From: an uncultured Bacteroidia bacterium
Lineage (GTDB): Bacteria > Bacteroidota > Bacteroidia > NS11-12g > UBA955
Direction: 5' to 3'
DNA: 64,000 nucleotides
NCBI GenBank assembly: GCA_943788195.1
Contig: CALSPH010000001.1
Coordinates: 59,673 to 123,672, forward strand
Shown in pieces: positions 51,431 through 61,932 of the stretch. Position 1 is the first letter of the stretch; the number at the start of each line of letters is the position of its first letter. Under the pieces are notes generated by a model. That model searched no databases and was not told the origin of the DNA. It was given only the letters and a program-made list of their open reading frames with translations. The position numbers and the translations under genes were made by a program.

Positions 51431-53849
51431 AGTCGTCTTCCTCTTCGCCCATATCAATCTTTATTACTGCATCACTTAACTCTTTTCTAGGATTCAAGCC
51501 TTTTTCAAAAGCAATAATCATTGCTGGTAAAACAAATAAGTTAGAGAACATCGCCACCAACAAGGTTAACCCTGTTAACAAACCCAAGGCTACGGTTCCT
51601 TGAAAATTACTAAAGGCAAAGATGATGAAACCAAAAAACAATACAACGGATGTATAAATCATACTTTGCCCCATTTCCTTCAAGCAATCACTGGTAACCT
51701 TGACCACAGAATCGGAGCTCTGCTTAAGCATGTACCTAAACTTGGCCAAAAAATGAATGGTGTCATCCACCGCAATACCAAATGCAATACTAAAGACTAA
51801 AATTGTAGATGGCTTTAAAGGAACCCCAAAATGCCCCATAAAACCAATGGTTAATATCATCGGTATGATATTGGGCACCAATGAAATAAACACCATTTTC
51901 CAAGAGGTAAATAAAGCCCCCATGATAATGGCAATTAAGGTAAAAGCGAGTAGCATACTCTGAATCAGGCTACTCACTAAGTAATCATTCCCCTTTAAGA
52001 ATATCATAGAAGTACCTGTAACATAGGTATCATACTCGCTTTTCGGGAAAATCTCCGTTATAATACTTTGTTGCCCTTTCTTTTGTCGATTTGGAGCCAC
52101 TTCACCGAGCAATTTGTTCATTTCAATACTACCGATATCTTTCATTTGAAAAGAAAGTCGTGCCTTGCTGAAATCTTCATTCACTAAGGAACTGAAATAA
52201 GCAGAGGAGTTCGAATCTTGTGAACCCAGATAATCAGCAATATTGGCGTAATCGAGGTCTTGCACAGGCAATCGATAGTACTTCTTATCCCCATTATTAT
52301 AAGCCTGGTTGGCAAAGCTAACAGCATTTACAATACTTAATCCTTTGGATAGCTCTTCTCTACTTCCCAGTTTCTTTTGAAGTAATCGGAGTTTATTGAG
52401 TGTTTTTGGATCCTTAATCCCATCAGGCTCGTGGGTGTCAACGATTACCTCAAAAGGCATTACTCCTGTCATGTGTTCTTGAAAGAACATCAAATCTTGG
52501 TAAACCTGTTGTTTTTTGGGGATATCATCGACCATATATACTAATGATTTCAGCTTAATGCCACCCCAAGCCGCAAAAACAATAAGCACAAATGTGAAAA
52601 AGAATATTCTTCTTGGATGATTGAATACCGTTCGATGAATTGCATTTACCGACCACTTAACATACTTATTCTCAAGATGTTTAGTATGCTTAACTTTCGG
52701 ATTGGGCAGGTAACTGAATACAATCGGAACAATGGTTAAGGTTAAAATAAACACACACATGATACTCAGAAAAGTCACCAAACCAAATTGACGCAACATT
52801 TCAGTACGCGTAAGTGCAAAAACCCCAAACCCAATAGCAGTGGTAAGGTTCGTTAAAAAGGTTGCAGAACCTACCTTATTCATCACACGGTGCAATGCTA
52901 AGAACTTCTTGCCTGTATGCTTTAATTCTTCATGATATCGATTAATAAAATAAATGCAATTGGGAATTCCGATCACAATCATCAATGGTGGGATTAATGC
53001 TGAGATAATGGACATCTTATAATCCAGCAGTCCCATCCATCCCATGCTCCAAATAACACTTACGACAACCATCAACAATGGAATAATAATATTTGGTGCT
53101 GCTCTAAAGAAGAGCAATAATAATAGGGCGGTAACAATGGCTGCTAGGATAATGAATAGCTTTAACTCATTTTTAACCAAAGTGCTGTATACATGACGCA
53201 CAAAGGGCAAGCCACTATAATGCATCTCAACACCACTCTCCTTGGCATACGCATCATAATACATTTTGACACTATCAATCAGCTCAATTCGCCTGATATT
53301 ATCCAAATAACTCTTATTTATGACCACTGCTGAAATGGCAATGTCCTTATTTTCTAGATAAATCAAATCCTTATAAAAAGGCCGATTTACTATGGTATTT
53401 CTTATCTCTTCCGCTTCTTTATCCGACCCAACTTTACCATCAACAATTGATTTAATTGTGAATCGGCCAATGGAATCATCTTTGATTATATCTATAGCTG
53501 AAGGAATACCAATTATTCCCTGTATGCCTTGTATGGATTTTACCTTATTGGTGGTTTCTATATACCGATTTAAGCCATCCTTAGTAAACAGGTCTTTCTG
53601 TGTAAACCCAACAATTAGTTTATTCCCATCTTCTCCAAATTCATTAAGAAATCGTTCATATCGGATGAAATCAGCATCGTCTTTTGGAACCAGTTTTTGA
53701 TTGTCATAGGCAATGCGTACACCCATCGCTTGCCACAACATGAATATGGTTAATATTCCAATGGTAATAATTACAGTAAGTCGTTGCCGAATAATAAATG
53801 AGGCAATGTTGCTGATAATTGAAGAATGTGGTGTTTTGCCCGCTTTCAT
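51420..53849 (-). CDS. RND-superfamily MMPL/HpnN-like exporter
   Basis: 809 aa. Two six-TM bundles are each preceded by a large periplasmic loop, giving SSD-like topology. Confidence 0.6.
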   Translation of the reverse strand: MKAGKTPHSSIISNIASFIIRQRLTVIITIGILTIFMLWQAMGVRIAYDNQKLVPKDDADFIRYERFLNEFGEDGNKLIVGFTQKDLFTKDGLNRYIETTNKVKSIQGIQGIIGIPSAIDIIKDDSIGRFTIKSIVDGKVGSDKEAEEIRNTIVNRPFYKDLIYLENKDIAISAVVINKSYLDNIRRIELIDSVKMYYDAYAKESGVEMHYSGLPFVRHVYSTLVKNELKLFIILAAIVTALLLLLFFRAAPNIIIPLLMVVVSVIWSMGWMGLLDYKMSIISALIPPLMIVIGIPNCIYFINRYHEELKHTGKKFLALHRVMNKVGSATFLTNLTTAIGFGVFALTRTEMLRQFGLVTFLSIMCVFILTLTIVPIVFSYLPNPKVKHTKHLENKYVKWSVNAIHRTVFNHPRRIFFFTFVLIVFAAWGGIKLKSLVYMVDDIPKKQQVYQDLMFFQEHMTGVMPFEVIVDTHEPDGIKDPKTLNKLRLLQKKLGSREELSKGLSIVNAVSFANQAYNNGDKKYYRLPVQDLDYANIADYLGSQDSNSSAYFSSLVNEDFSKARLSFQMKDIGSIEMNKLLGEVAPNRQKKGQQSIITEIFPKSEYDTYVTGTSMIFLKGNDYLVSSLIQSMLLAFTLIAIIMGALFTSWKMVFISLVPNIIPMILTIGFMGHFGVPLKPSTILVFSIAFGIAVDDTIHFLAKFRYMLKQSSDSVVKVTSDCLKEMGQSMIYTSVVLFFGFIIFAFSNFQGTVALGLLTGLTLLVAMFSNLFVLPAMIIAFEKGLNPRKELSDAVIKIDMGEEEDDSKS

Positions 53850-53855
53850 TTAATT

Positions 53856-56693
53856 TTAGATAACCACATTAATAATTCTCCCTTTCACAAATATAAACTT
53901 ACGCACCGCTTTATCACCAACCCACTCTATTACTTTTTCATTAGCCATTACTTTGGCTTCAACATCTTGTTGATCAGCGTTTAAGTCAAAGGTCATTTTC
54001 GCTCGAACTTTGCCGTTAATACTAATGGGATATTCATAAGCGCTTTCCTTTAAATACTTCTCTTCCATTTTAGGCCATGCTGCATTCGTTATGCTGCTAT
54101 TATTCCCTGAAAGCTGCCACAATTCTTCAGTTATATGAGGAGCATATGGCGATATTAGTATAATTAACTGTTGTAATATTTCCTTGTTGGTGCATTTTAA
54201 GTCGGATAACTCATTTACACAAACCATGAATGCTGATACAGATGTATTGAATGAAAAATGTTCGATATCGGCTGTTGCCTTCTTAATCAATTTATGTAAA
54301 GCCTTCAATTCTTTGTCGGTAGCATCATTATCAGATAGAGAAAAAGTCTCCTCCTCACCTTGATGAAAAAGTCTCCATAATTTACGTAAGAACCGGATAA
54401 CTCCTTCAATTCCCTGCGTATTCCATGGTTTAGGTTCTTCTAATGGCCCTAAAAACATTTCATACAAACGAAGGGTATCCGCACCATATTCCTTGCAAAT
54501 ATCATCCGGATTAACCACATTGTGCCAGCGTTTAGACATTTTCTCCACTTCACAATCGCACATTAAGGATCCGTTTTCCAACACATATTCATTTGATCCA
54601 AATTCCTTTGGTCGCCACTTTTTTAGGCCCTCTATATCCACTTCATTGCCGTTTACTAAGGCAATATCAACGTGCAAAGCCGTTAAATCTTCGTATTTAT
54701 CCTTAAGCCCAGCACTAACAATTTTGTTATCTCCCTTAGTTCGATAAACGATACTTGATGTACCCTGTATCATACCTTGATTAATCAGTTGTTTGGCTGG
54801 CTCGTTATAACTAAGATATCCTAAATCGAATAATACTTTAGTCCAAAAACGACAATACAGCAGATGACCGGTGGCATGTTCACTTCCTCCAAAGTATAAA
54901 TCAACCTGGCCCCAATATTTTAAACTTTCTTCCGAAGCAAATTCAGTCAAATTATTTGGGTCCATATACCGAAAGAAATACCACGATGAACCTGCCCAGC
55001 CAGGCATGGTACTTGTTTCTATAAACCCTCCATTGCCTTTTTCATCATCTTGAGGTTGGCAAATGCCCTTTTCGGGTACATAATACCAAGATGTTGCTCT
55101 GGCCAATGGTGGATCGCCCTTTTCCGTTGGCTTGAATAAATCAATATCAGGTAATACTAAAGGTAGATGTTTTTCTGAAATAGGATAAGCTACTCCATTA
55201 TTATAGTAGATAGGAATAGGCTCACCCCAATATCTTTGCCTACCAAAAGCAGCATCACGTAATCGAAAATTAACCTTCCGTTTACCTACGCTATTTTCTT
55301 CTACCCATTTAATGGCTTCTTTTACACCTTCTTTCACTTCCAGCCCATTCAAAAAATGCGAATTGCAAATTTTCCCAGTTTTCGCCTCAAAGGCTTGTTC
55401 TGAAATGTCTGCACCTTCAATAACCGGTTTAATCTCAATTGAAAAGTGTTTAGCAAAAGCATAATCTCTACTGTCATGCGCAGGTACACTCATTACTGCC
55501 CCGGTTCCATACCCCACTAAAACATAGTCGCCTACCCAAATTGGAATTTCTACATTGGTAACTGGATGAATAACATAGGCCCCTGTAAAGACCCCCGATA
55601 CTTTATCCACTTCTGCCATGCGCTCTCGCTCACTTCTATTTTTGGAAACACGCACATACTCACTAACGTCCTCCTTTTGCTCAGCTGTTGTAATGATATT
55701 CACCAAATCATGCTCCGGTGCTAATGTTAAAAACGTAACGCCAAACAAAGTGTCTGGCCGTGTTGTAAACACTTCTATATGTTGAGATGGTTGACCTTTT
55801 ACCCCAAAGAACACAGAACATCCTTGACTTTTGCCAATCCAGTTTTTCTGACTCTCTTTCAGGCTATCACGCCAATTCAACGTTTCTAAATCTTTTAATA
55901 AACGATTGGAATAGTTTGTGATTCGCATGCTCCATTGTTTCATTCGCTTGCGTTCAACTGGATAACCGCCTCGTTCGGAAAATCCATCCTTCACTTCATC
56001 ATTGGCCAAAACAGTTCCCAGATCTGGGCACCAATTCACAAATGCTTCACCTAAATATGCCAAACGAAAGTTCATCAGCATTTTTAGTCGCTTTTCTTCA
56101 CTGAAATTCTTCCATTGCTCAGCGGAAAATGCGGGCAACTCTTCCTCAATTTCTCCTGTCAGGATATCACAGTCCATCCCACTAAAACCTTCTTTTTGAA
56201 GAATAGCAATTAACTTATCTATGTGTTCAGCCTTATTTGTTCGTGGATTATACCATGAATTAAATAACTTTAGAAAAATCCATTGGGTCCATTTATAGTA
56301 TCCTGGATCGCTTGTTTGTACTTCCCTACTCCAATCAAAAGCAAAGCCAATTCGATTTAATTGTTCTTTATATCTTTTAATATTAATTTCAGTGGTTTGC
56401 TTGGGATGTTGTCCAGTTTGGATAGCATACTGCTCAGCCGGCAATCCAAATGAGTCAAAGCCCATCGGGTGCAGTACATTGAACCCTTTTAATTTTTTAA
56501 ATCGAGCTACAATATCCGAAGCGATATATCCCAATGGATGGCCTACATGCAGACCCGCACCGCTGGGATAAGGAAACATATCCAAGACATAATATTTTGG
56601 TTTATCAGATGGGAATTCTGCTTTATAAACTTCCTTTTCTGCCCAAATCTTTTGCCACTTTTCCTCTATTTCCTGTGCTTGATATTTACTCAT
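53856..56693 (-). CDS. leuS: leucine-tRNA ligase
   Basis: HIGH motif (HVGHPLGY), a CP1 editing domain and KMSKS (EKMSKRWHNV), 945 aa. Confidence 0.95.
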   Translation of the reverse strand: MSKYQAQEIEEKWQKIWAEKEVYKAEFPSDKPKYYVLDMFPYPSGAGLHVGHPLGYIASDIVARFKKLKGFNVLHPMGFDSFGLPAEQYAIQTGQHPKQTTEINIKRYKEQLNRIGFAFDWSREVQTSDPGYYKWTQWIFLKLFNSWYNPRTNKAEHIDKLIAILQKEGFSGMDCDILTGEIEEELPAFSAEQWKNFSEEKRLKMLMNFRLAYLGEAFVNWCPDLGTVLANDEVKDGFSERGGYPVERKRMKQWSMRITNYSNRLLKDLETLNWRDSLKESQKNWIGKSQGCSVFFGVKGQPSQHIEVFTTRPDTLFGVTFLTLAPEHDLVNIITTAEQKEDVSEYVRVSKNRSERERMAEVDKVSGVFTGAYVIHPVTNVEIPIWVGDYVLVGYGTGAVMSVPAHDSRDYAFAKHFSIEIKPVIEGADISEQAFEAKTGKICNSHFLNGLEVKEGVKEAIKWVEENSVGKRKVNFRLRDAAFGRQRYWGEPIPIYYNNGVAYPISEKHLPLVLPDIDLFKPTEKGDPPLARATSWYYVPEKGICQPQDDEKGNGGFIETSTMPGWAGSSWYFFRYMDPNNLTEFASEESLKYWGQVDLYFGGSEHATGHLLYCRFWTKVLFDLGYLSYNEPAKQLINQGMIQGTSSIVYRTKGDNKIVSAGLKDKYEDLTALHVDIALVNGNEVDIEGLKKWRPKEFGSNEYVLENGSLMCDCEVEKMSKRWHNVVNPDDICKEYGADTLRLYEMFLGPLEEPKPWNTQGIEGVIRFLRKLWRLFHQGEEETFSLSDNDATDKELKALHKLIKKATADIEHFSFNTSVSAFMVCVNELSDLKCTNKEILQQLIILISPYAPHITEELWQLSGNNSSITNAAWPKMEEKYLKESAYEYPISINGKVRAKMTFDLNADQQDVEAKVMANEKVIEWVGDKAVRKFIFVKGRIINVVI

Positions 56694-56827
56694 GAATAAG
56701 CTCGCGAAGTTAGTGATATAATGGTTAATTATAAATTTTCAATGATTAATATCCCTTCATACGTTTGGATGAATAATCACCGTTCCTAAATTCCCACTAG
56801 AGATTTTACCTATGTCCATTTACCTTT

Positions 56828-59197
56828 ATGCTCATCATGGTATTAAAACAGCATATGAAGAAAGCTCTTAAAGATTTAAGTCTCGATCCAAGATACTATC
56901 AAATTGGTTTTCAAGGCATTTTCTTGGCGTTTGGAATAGCCATCTTAGGTTGGCAAACTGAATGGCAACGGGTGGGCGTTTACTTAGTGGTATGTCTAGT
57001 GACACAACTGCTCGTAAATATTTATACCAAGCAAAGCTTACACAGTTTAAAAAGTGCATTCATAACTGCTTTGGGCCTTGGACTACTTTTAAATACGTGT
57101 AACTTATGGATTGCAGCGCTTGCCGCTGTCATTGCTATAACTAGTAAATCACTGATACGGTTTAATGGTAAACACATCTTTAATCCTGGCAATTTGGGTA
57201 TCATGGCAGTGGTGCTACTCACCAATCAAGCATGGATTTCTCCAGGACAATGGGGCAGTCATTCACTTTTCCCGATTGGTATCATAGGAGCTGGTCTCAT
57301 TATCTTAAGCAAAGTAAAGCGGGTTGAAACGGGTTTTGTGTTCTATGGTGTTTTAATTGGGCTGGAGCTTATTCGTCAACATTTCTATCTGGGATGGCCG
57401 CTTGATTTTTGGTGGCATCGTGTGAGCAATGGCTCCATATTGGTTTATGCCCTATTTATGATTACTGATCCCAAAACTACACCTAGTCATCGAACTGCAC
57501 GTATGACATGGGCAGCTATTCTTGCCCTCTTTACTTTCATGCTTGGTTGCGGGATGCAATTATATGCTGCCCCCATTTATGCCTTATTATTTATTAGCCC
57601 ATTTACTCCGTTGTTTGATCGTATTTGGAAAGCCAAGAAATACAATTGGACGGTTGGAGACACGATTAACGCAGCAAAAGAAAAAATAAAAACAAAACAT
57701 ATTATGAGAAAAGAAATGATTAAACCTCTGCTATTGCTATTGGCAATGCTGGTTGTAGGCTCGCAAATGAGTGCCTTTTGCGGCTTCTATGTGGCCAAAG
57801 CCAGTGCGAGTATTTTTAACAAAAAAAGTCAAGTGATTTTAGTTCATGATGGGGATCGAACCACCATTACTATGCAAAACAATTTTAAAGGAAGCCTTAA
57901 AGAATTTGCCATGGTGATACCTGTACCGGTTGTACTCAAAAAAGATGATATCACTATTAAGGAGAATTCACTTTTTGCTAACCTTGACGCATATTCAGCA
58001 CCACGCTTAGTCGAATACCACGATCGCAACCCTTGCTATCAACCTGTATACCGGGGCAATCGGATAATGGCGGAAAATGCATCGGTTCAAATGCTCAAAG
58101 GAAAGAACCTCGATTATGTCAAGAAAGTGGAGCGTAAAGTGAAAATTGAAGCCAAGTACAGCATTGATGAATATGATATTATCATTCTCTCTGCTAAGGA
58201 AAGTTGGGCATTGGAAGCATGGCTTAGAATGAATGGATATAGTTTGCCTGAAAATGCAAAGGAAGTTTTAACTCCATATATCAAAGATAAAATGAAATTC
58301 TTCGCAGTAAAGATAAATCTAGAAAAAGCGAAGAACCTTCCCAAAGGAACATTGCGTCCTATTCAAATCAAATTTAAGAGTGATAAGTTTATGTTGCCTA
58401 TCCGGCTTGGAATGGCCAATGCCAATGGTGAAGACCAAGATTTAATCATCTATGCGTTTACACGCACTGGAAGAGTAGAAACTGCCAATTACCGAACGGT
58501 GGAAATGCCTACTGCGCGTAAAATTCCCACATTCATTAAGCAAGATTATGGCAACTTCTATAAAGAAATGTTTGATCGAAAATATCGAAATGAAGGAAGA
58601 AATGCAGTTTTTTTGGAATACGCATGGAATGTTTCACCCACATGGGGTGTCAAATGTGATCCATGTGTAGGTACGCCACCAGTTGTAAAAGATTTATCAG
58701 ATGCAGGTGTTCATTGGGTAGACCCCGATGCCAACTACAGTTTTGGCAGAACGGCAGTGAATGTATTTTTCACACGTATGCATGTAAGATACAGCCGCGA
58801 TCGTTTTCCTAGCGACCTAACCTTTATTGAAACCCCAAATAAAAAACATTATCAAGTAAGGCAAATCATCACTAATCCAGCCAGAGGAACATTTGATTGT
58901 GATCAAGGATTGGCTTACCTAAAGAAATTAAAAAACAGACGAATTGTGGAGCTGCATGAAATGGAGGCCCTTACGGGTCGAAATTCTGAGGAATACCCTT
59001 ACTATGTGGAATTGGGTTCTGGCAAAAAGAAACCCATTGCAAAACAGCAAAACAATCCGATTCAGGAAAATGTCCTACCTGTTGGCATTGGAAATAATGG
59101 GCAACCTCCATTTTGGCTACTCCCCTTTAGCATTATCAGCATCATATTGCTCATGCAATTGATTAAATGGGCTTCACGTAAACACTTAAAAATATGA
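56828..59197 (+). CDS. fusion protein: an N-terminal RnfD/NqrB-like polytopic membrane domain (~290 aa) joined in frame to a secreted Cys/His-rich module of unknown function (paralog A, starting at about 57704)
   Basis: GKHIFNPGNLGIMAVVLL and FMITDPKTTPSHRTARMTWAAILA parallel the RnfD FNPAMIGYVVLL and FFILTDPVT...R motifs. The module then begins with its own signal-like segment MRKEMIKPLLLLLAMLVVGSQMSAFCGFYVAKA and ends in a C-terminal TM anchor. Confidence 0.45.
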   Translation: MLIMVLKQHMKKALKDLSLDPRYYQIGFQGIFLAFGIAILGWQTEWQRVGVYLVVCLVTQLLVNIYTKQSLHSLKSAFITALGLGLLLNTCNLWIAALAAVIAITSKSLIRFNGKHIFNPGNLGIMAVVLLTNQAWISPGQWGSHSLFPIGIIGAGLIILSKVKRVETGFVFYGVLIGLELIRQHFYLGWPLDFWWHRVSNGSILVYALFMITDPKTTPSHRTARMTWAAILALFTFMLGCGMQLYAAPIYALLFISPFTPLFDRIWKAKKYNWTVGDTINAAKEKIKTKHIMRKEMIKPLLLLLAMLVVGSQMSAFCGFYVAKASASIFNKKSQVILVHDGDRTTITMQNNFKGSLKEFAMVIPVPVVLKKDDITIKENSLFANLDAYSAPRLVEYHDRNPCYQPVYRGNRIMAENASVQMLKGKNLDYVKKVERKVKIEAKYSIDEYDIIILSAKESWALEAWLRMNGYSLPENAKEVLTPYIKDKMKFFAVKINLEKAKNLPKGTLRPIQIKFKSDKFMLPIRLGMANANGEDQDLIIYAFTRTGRVETANYRTVEMPTARKIPTFIKQDYGNFYKEMFDRKYRNEGRNAVFLEYAWNVSPTWGVKCDPCVGTPPVVKDLSDAGVHWVDPDANYSFGRTAVNVFFTRMHVRYSRDRFPSDLTFIETPNKKHYQVRQIITNPARGTFDCDQGLAYLKKLKNRRIVELHEMEALTGRNSEEYPYYVELGSGKKKPIAKQQNNPIQENVLPVGIGNNGQPPFWLLPFSIISIILLMQLIKWASRKHLKI

Positions 59198-60693
59198 AAA
59201 ACAAGATCTATAAATTAACCTTAACATGTGTTGGCTTAGTCTATTTAGCCACCCAATCTTTTGCCTTTTGTGGCTTCTATGTCGCAAAAGCCGGGGCTAA
59301 CATTTTCAACAAGAAAAGCCAAGTAATCTTGGTTCATGATGGCGATCGAACAACCATCACCATGCAAAATGATTTTAAGGGCGACTTAAAAGAATTTGCC
59401 ATGGTTATTCCTGTACCCGTGGTGCTCAAAAGAGACGATATAACCATAAAAGAGAATTCCCTCTTCGATAATTTGGATGCGTATTCCTCACCACGGTTGG
59501 TGGAATACCATGATCGAAATCCATGTTATCGACCGCGGTATGATAATTATTCCAGATCAGTAGATAAGGTAATGCTTATGTCCAGCATGGAGGTTGAGGA
59601 TGATATCGCATTTGATGAAGTAAGAAAAAAAGTGAAAATTGAGGCAAAATATAGCATCGATGAATATGATATCATTATACTTTCTGCCAAAGAAAGTTGG
59701 GCTCTTGAGGCTTGGCTAAAGCAAAACGGATACAGTTTACCAGAAAACGCCAAGGAAGTTTTGACGCCTTACATCAAAGATAAAATGAAATTCTTTGCAG
59801 TTAAGATTAACTTAGAAAAAGCGAAGAATCTTGCAAAAGGGAAATTGCGTCCCATTCAGATCAAATTTAAAAGTGATAAGTTTATGTTGCCTATTCGCCT
59901 TGGAATGGCCAATGCTAATGGCGAAGACCAAGATTTAATTATCTATGCGTTTACACGTACCGGTAGAGTAGAAACGGCCAATTACAGAACGGTTGAAATG
60001 CCAACTGCTCGCAAAATTCCCACATTCATTAAGCAAGACTATGGCAATTTCTATAAAGAAATGTTCGATCGAAAATATCGAAACGAAGGTAGAAATGCGG
60101 TGTTCTTGGAATATGCTTGGAACGTTTCACCCACTTGGAATGGCATTAAATGTGACCCATGTGTAGGAACTCCCCCTGTTGTTACCGATTTATCCAATGC
60201 AGGAATTCATTGGGTAGACCCAAATGAGGATTATAGTTTTGGACGCACAAAAGTAGAAGTATTTTTTACCCGATTACACGTGCGTTATAGCAGGAGCCGG
60301 TTCCCCAGTGATTTAACCTTTATTGAGACCCCCAATAAAATGAATTATCAAGTAAGGCAAATCATCACCAACCCTGCAAGTGGAACCTTCGATTGTGATA
60401 AAGGGTTAGCTTATTTAAAGAAACTAAAAAATAGACGCATTGTAGAGCTACATGAAATGGAGGCTCTAACTGGAAGAAATTCTGAAGAATACCCTTACTA
60501 TGTAGAATTGGGTTCTGGCAAGAAGAAACCCATTGTTAGGCAGCAAAATAATTCTAATAATAAGCAAGAAAATGCAATTCCCATCAGTACAATAGGGAAT
60601 CAAAAGCCGCCTCCCTTTTGGATACTACCTCTTTGTGTTTTGGGATTAATACTTGTATTACAGATTCCCAAATGGATTACCTCCAAGAGTTAA
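59194..60693 (+). CDS. paralog B of the secreted, membrane-anchored Cys/His-rich module (unknown function)
   Basis: About 80-85% aa identity to residues ~297-789 of the upstream ORF. Shared motifs are AFCGFYVAKAxANIFNKKSQVILVHDGDRTTITMQN, YHDRNPCY and CDPCVGTPPVV. It has an N-terminal signal and a C-terminal TM, and its ATGA overlaps the upstream stop. Confidence 0.45.
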   Translation: MKNKIYKLTLTCVGLVYLATQSFAFCGFYVAKAGANIFNKKSQVILVHDGDRTTITMQNDFKGDLKEFAMVIPVPVVLKRDDITIKENSLFDNLDAYSSPRLVEYHDRNPCYRPRYDNYSRSVDKVMLMSSMEVEDDIAFDEVRKKVKIEAKYSIDEYDIIILSAKESWALEAWLKQNGYSLPENAKEVLTPYIKDKMKFFAVKINLEKAKNLAKGKLRPIQIKFKSDKFMLPIRLGMANANGEDQDLIIYAFTRTGRVETANYRTVEMPTARKIPTFIKQDYGNFYKEMFDRKYRNEGRNAVFLEYAWNVSPTWNGIKCDPCVGTPPVVTDLSNAGIHWVDPNEDYSFGRTKVEVFFTRLHVRYSRSRFPSDLTFIETPNKMNYQVRQIITNPASGTFDCDKGLAYLKKLKNRRIVELHEMEALTGRNSEEYPYYVELGSGKKKPIVRQQNNSNNKQENAIPISTIGNQKPPPFWILPLCVLGLILVLQIPKWITSKS

Positions 60694-60731
60694 TCAAGTT
60701 ATACAATCCATAAGCTAAGAAGCATTTAATT

Positions 60732-60768
60732 AAAAAACTCCACCCAAATTAATCAGGTGGAGTTTTTT
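60732..60768 (+). terminator. rho-independent terminator (AAAAAACTCCACC-N11-GGTGGAGTTTTTT)
   Basis: A 7-bp GC stem extended by an A/T run, followed by T6, after the tandem paralog pair. Confidence 0.6.
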
Positions 60769-60814
60769 AATGCGAAGGATTTGCAACAGTATGATCGTCT
60801 AAGAAATAAACACT

Positions 60815-61642
60815 ATGAAAACCTACATAAAAGCCGCCTTGCTCAGTTCGCTTATCTTTTTTGTTGCAATCAGTTCATGTAAAAAAGAAGTTGAATCAAA
60901 TGAAGACACAACGAAAAACACAACTGAATTACATGGCGCATTCGATGCTTTCGATTCAGATAACTTCACCATTTATAAGCAGGGCACTGAGTATGTCCTA
61001 GAAACCAAGGGTTTACCAAATCATACTTCTCCATATTGGTCCAATACAACTGCACGATCTTCAACTGGCCCGATGGGAGGTACATTAACAACTCCTGCAG
61101 CGACTCAAAACCATTCTTTGTTTGTAGAACCAACCACCACTTCACACAGTAATATGGCACCTGGCAACATTGACGATTTTAATGGGTCATATACCCTTAG
61201 GGTACCAGTTAGTCCCAGTAAAGCGAGTAGCACAAGTTCCACAGGTCTTGGGGCAATAGGTTTTGCAATAAGCGGATCAGTAATTTACAATGATGAGGAA
61301 GGGCCCAATGTGCCTTTAGACAATGCAATAGGTTCATTGGATTACACCGGAGCACATACGGGTCCACAAAGTTATCATTACCACCTTGAACCAAAAGCAT
61401 GGTCCAATGATGATGAGAAATTAATCGGAATTATATCAGATGGATTCTTCTTATACGGCAGAAAATGCAATTCAACGGGCACCTACCCAACTGACTTAGA
61501 CGCTTCAGGAGGGCACACTTCAACCACACAACATGTAGGTTCAAGCGAATATCATTATCATATACAAAACGACCTATATTTGAACAAATATTACATCCTT
61601 TTTCCAGGAGATTATCAAGGAGCGCCCAATTCAATACAATAG
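60815..61642 (+). CDS. YHYH-motif lipoprotein
   Basis: Lipobox ISSCKKE and two YHYH motifs (SYHYHLEP, EYHYHIQND) of the YHYH-protein family. Confidence 0.5.
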   Translation: MKTYIKAALLSSLIFFVAISSCKKEVESNEDTTKNTTELHGAFDAFDSDNFTIYKQGTEYVLETKGLPNHTSPYWSNTTARSSTGPMGGTLTTPAATQNHSLFVEPTTTSHSNMAPGNIDDFNGSYTLRVPVSPSKASSTSSTGLGAIGFAISGSVIYNDEEGPNVPLDNAIGSLDYTGAHTGPQSYHYHLEPKAWSNDDEKLIGIISDGFFLYGRKCNSTGTYPTDLDASGGHTSTTQHVGSSEYHYHIQNDLYLNKYYILFPGDYQGAPNSIQ

Positions 61643-61650
61643 AGCAGATT

Positions 61651-61932
61651 ATGAAAAACACAACTATTTATATTTTGGGATTAAGCTTAGCCCTAATTTC
61701 ATGTTCGGGCAACGCTCAAAACCCCAAAACAGATCCTCCCAAAAGACCAAGTGTAGAACAGATATTTAAGGACTTAGATACAAACAAGGACGGTAAAATT
61801 TCCAAAACAGAAGCGAAAGGACCATTAAAAGATGATTTCGCCAAAATCGATTTGAATAAGGATGGATATATTACTAAAGCAGAGTTGAAAAAAGCACCTA
61901 AACCGAAAGGACCTAAACCTCCTCATAAATAA
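61651..61932 (+). CDS. secreted EF-hand calcium-binding protein
   Basis: A signal and lipobox (LISCSG) plus two canonical EF-hand loops (DTNKDGKISKTE, DLNKDGYITKAE). Confidence 0.65.
   Translation: MKNTTIYILGLSLALISCSGNAQNPKTDPPKRPSVEQIFKDLDTNKDGKISKTEAKGPLKDDFAKIDLNKDGYITKAELKKAPKPKGPKPPHK

Noticed and set aside
56828-57700. Calling the N-terminal domain a functional Rnf/Nqr subunit
   Set aside because: No other rnf or nqr genes are nearby and the flavinylation loop is absent, so it is described only as RnfD-like.
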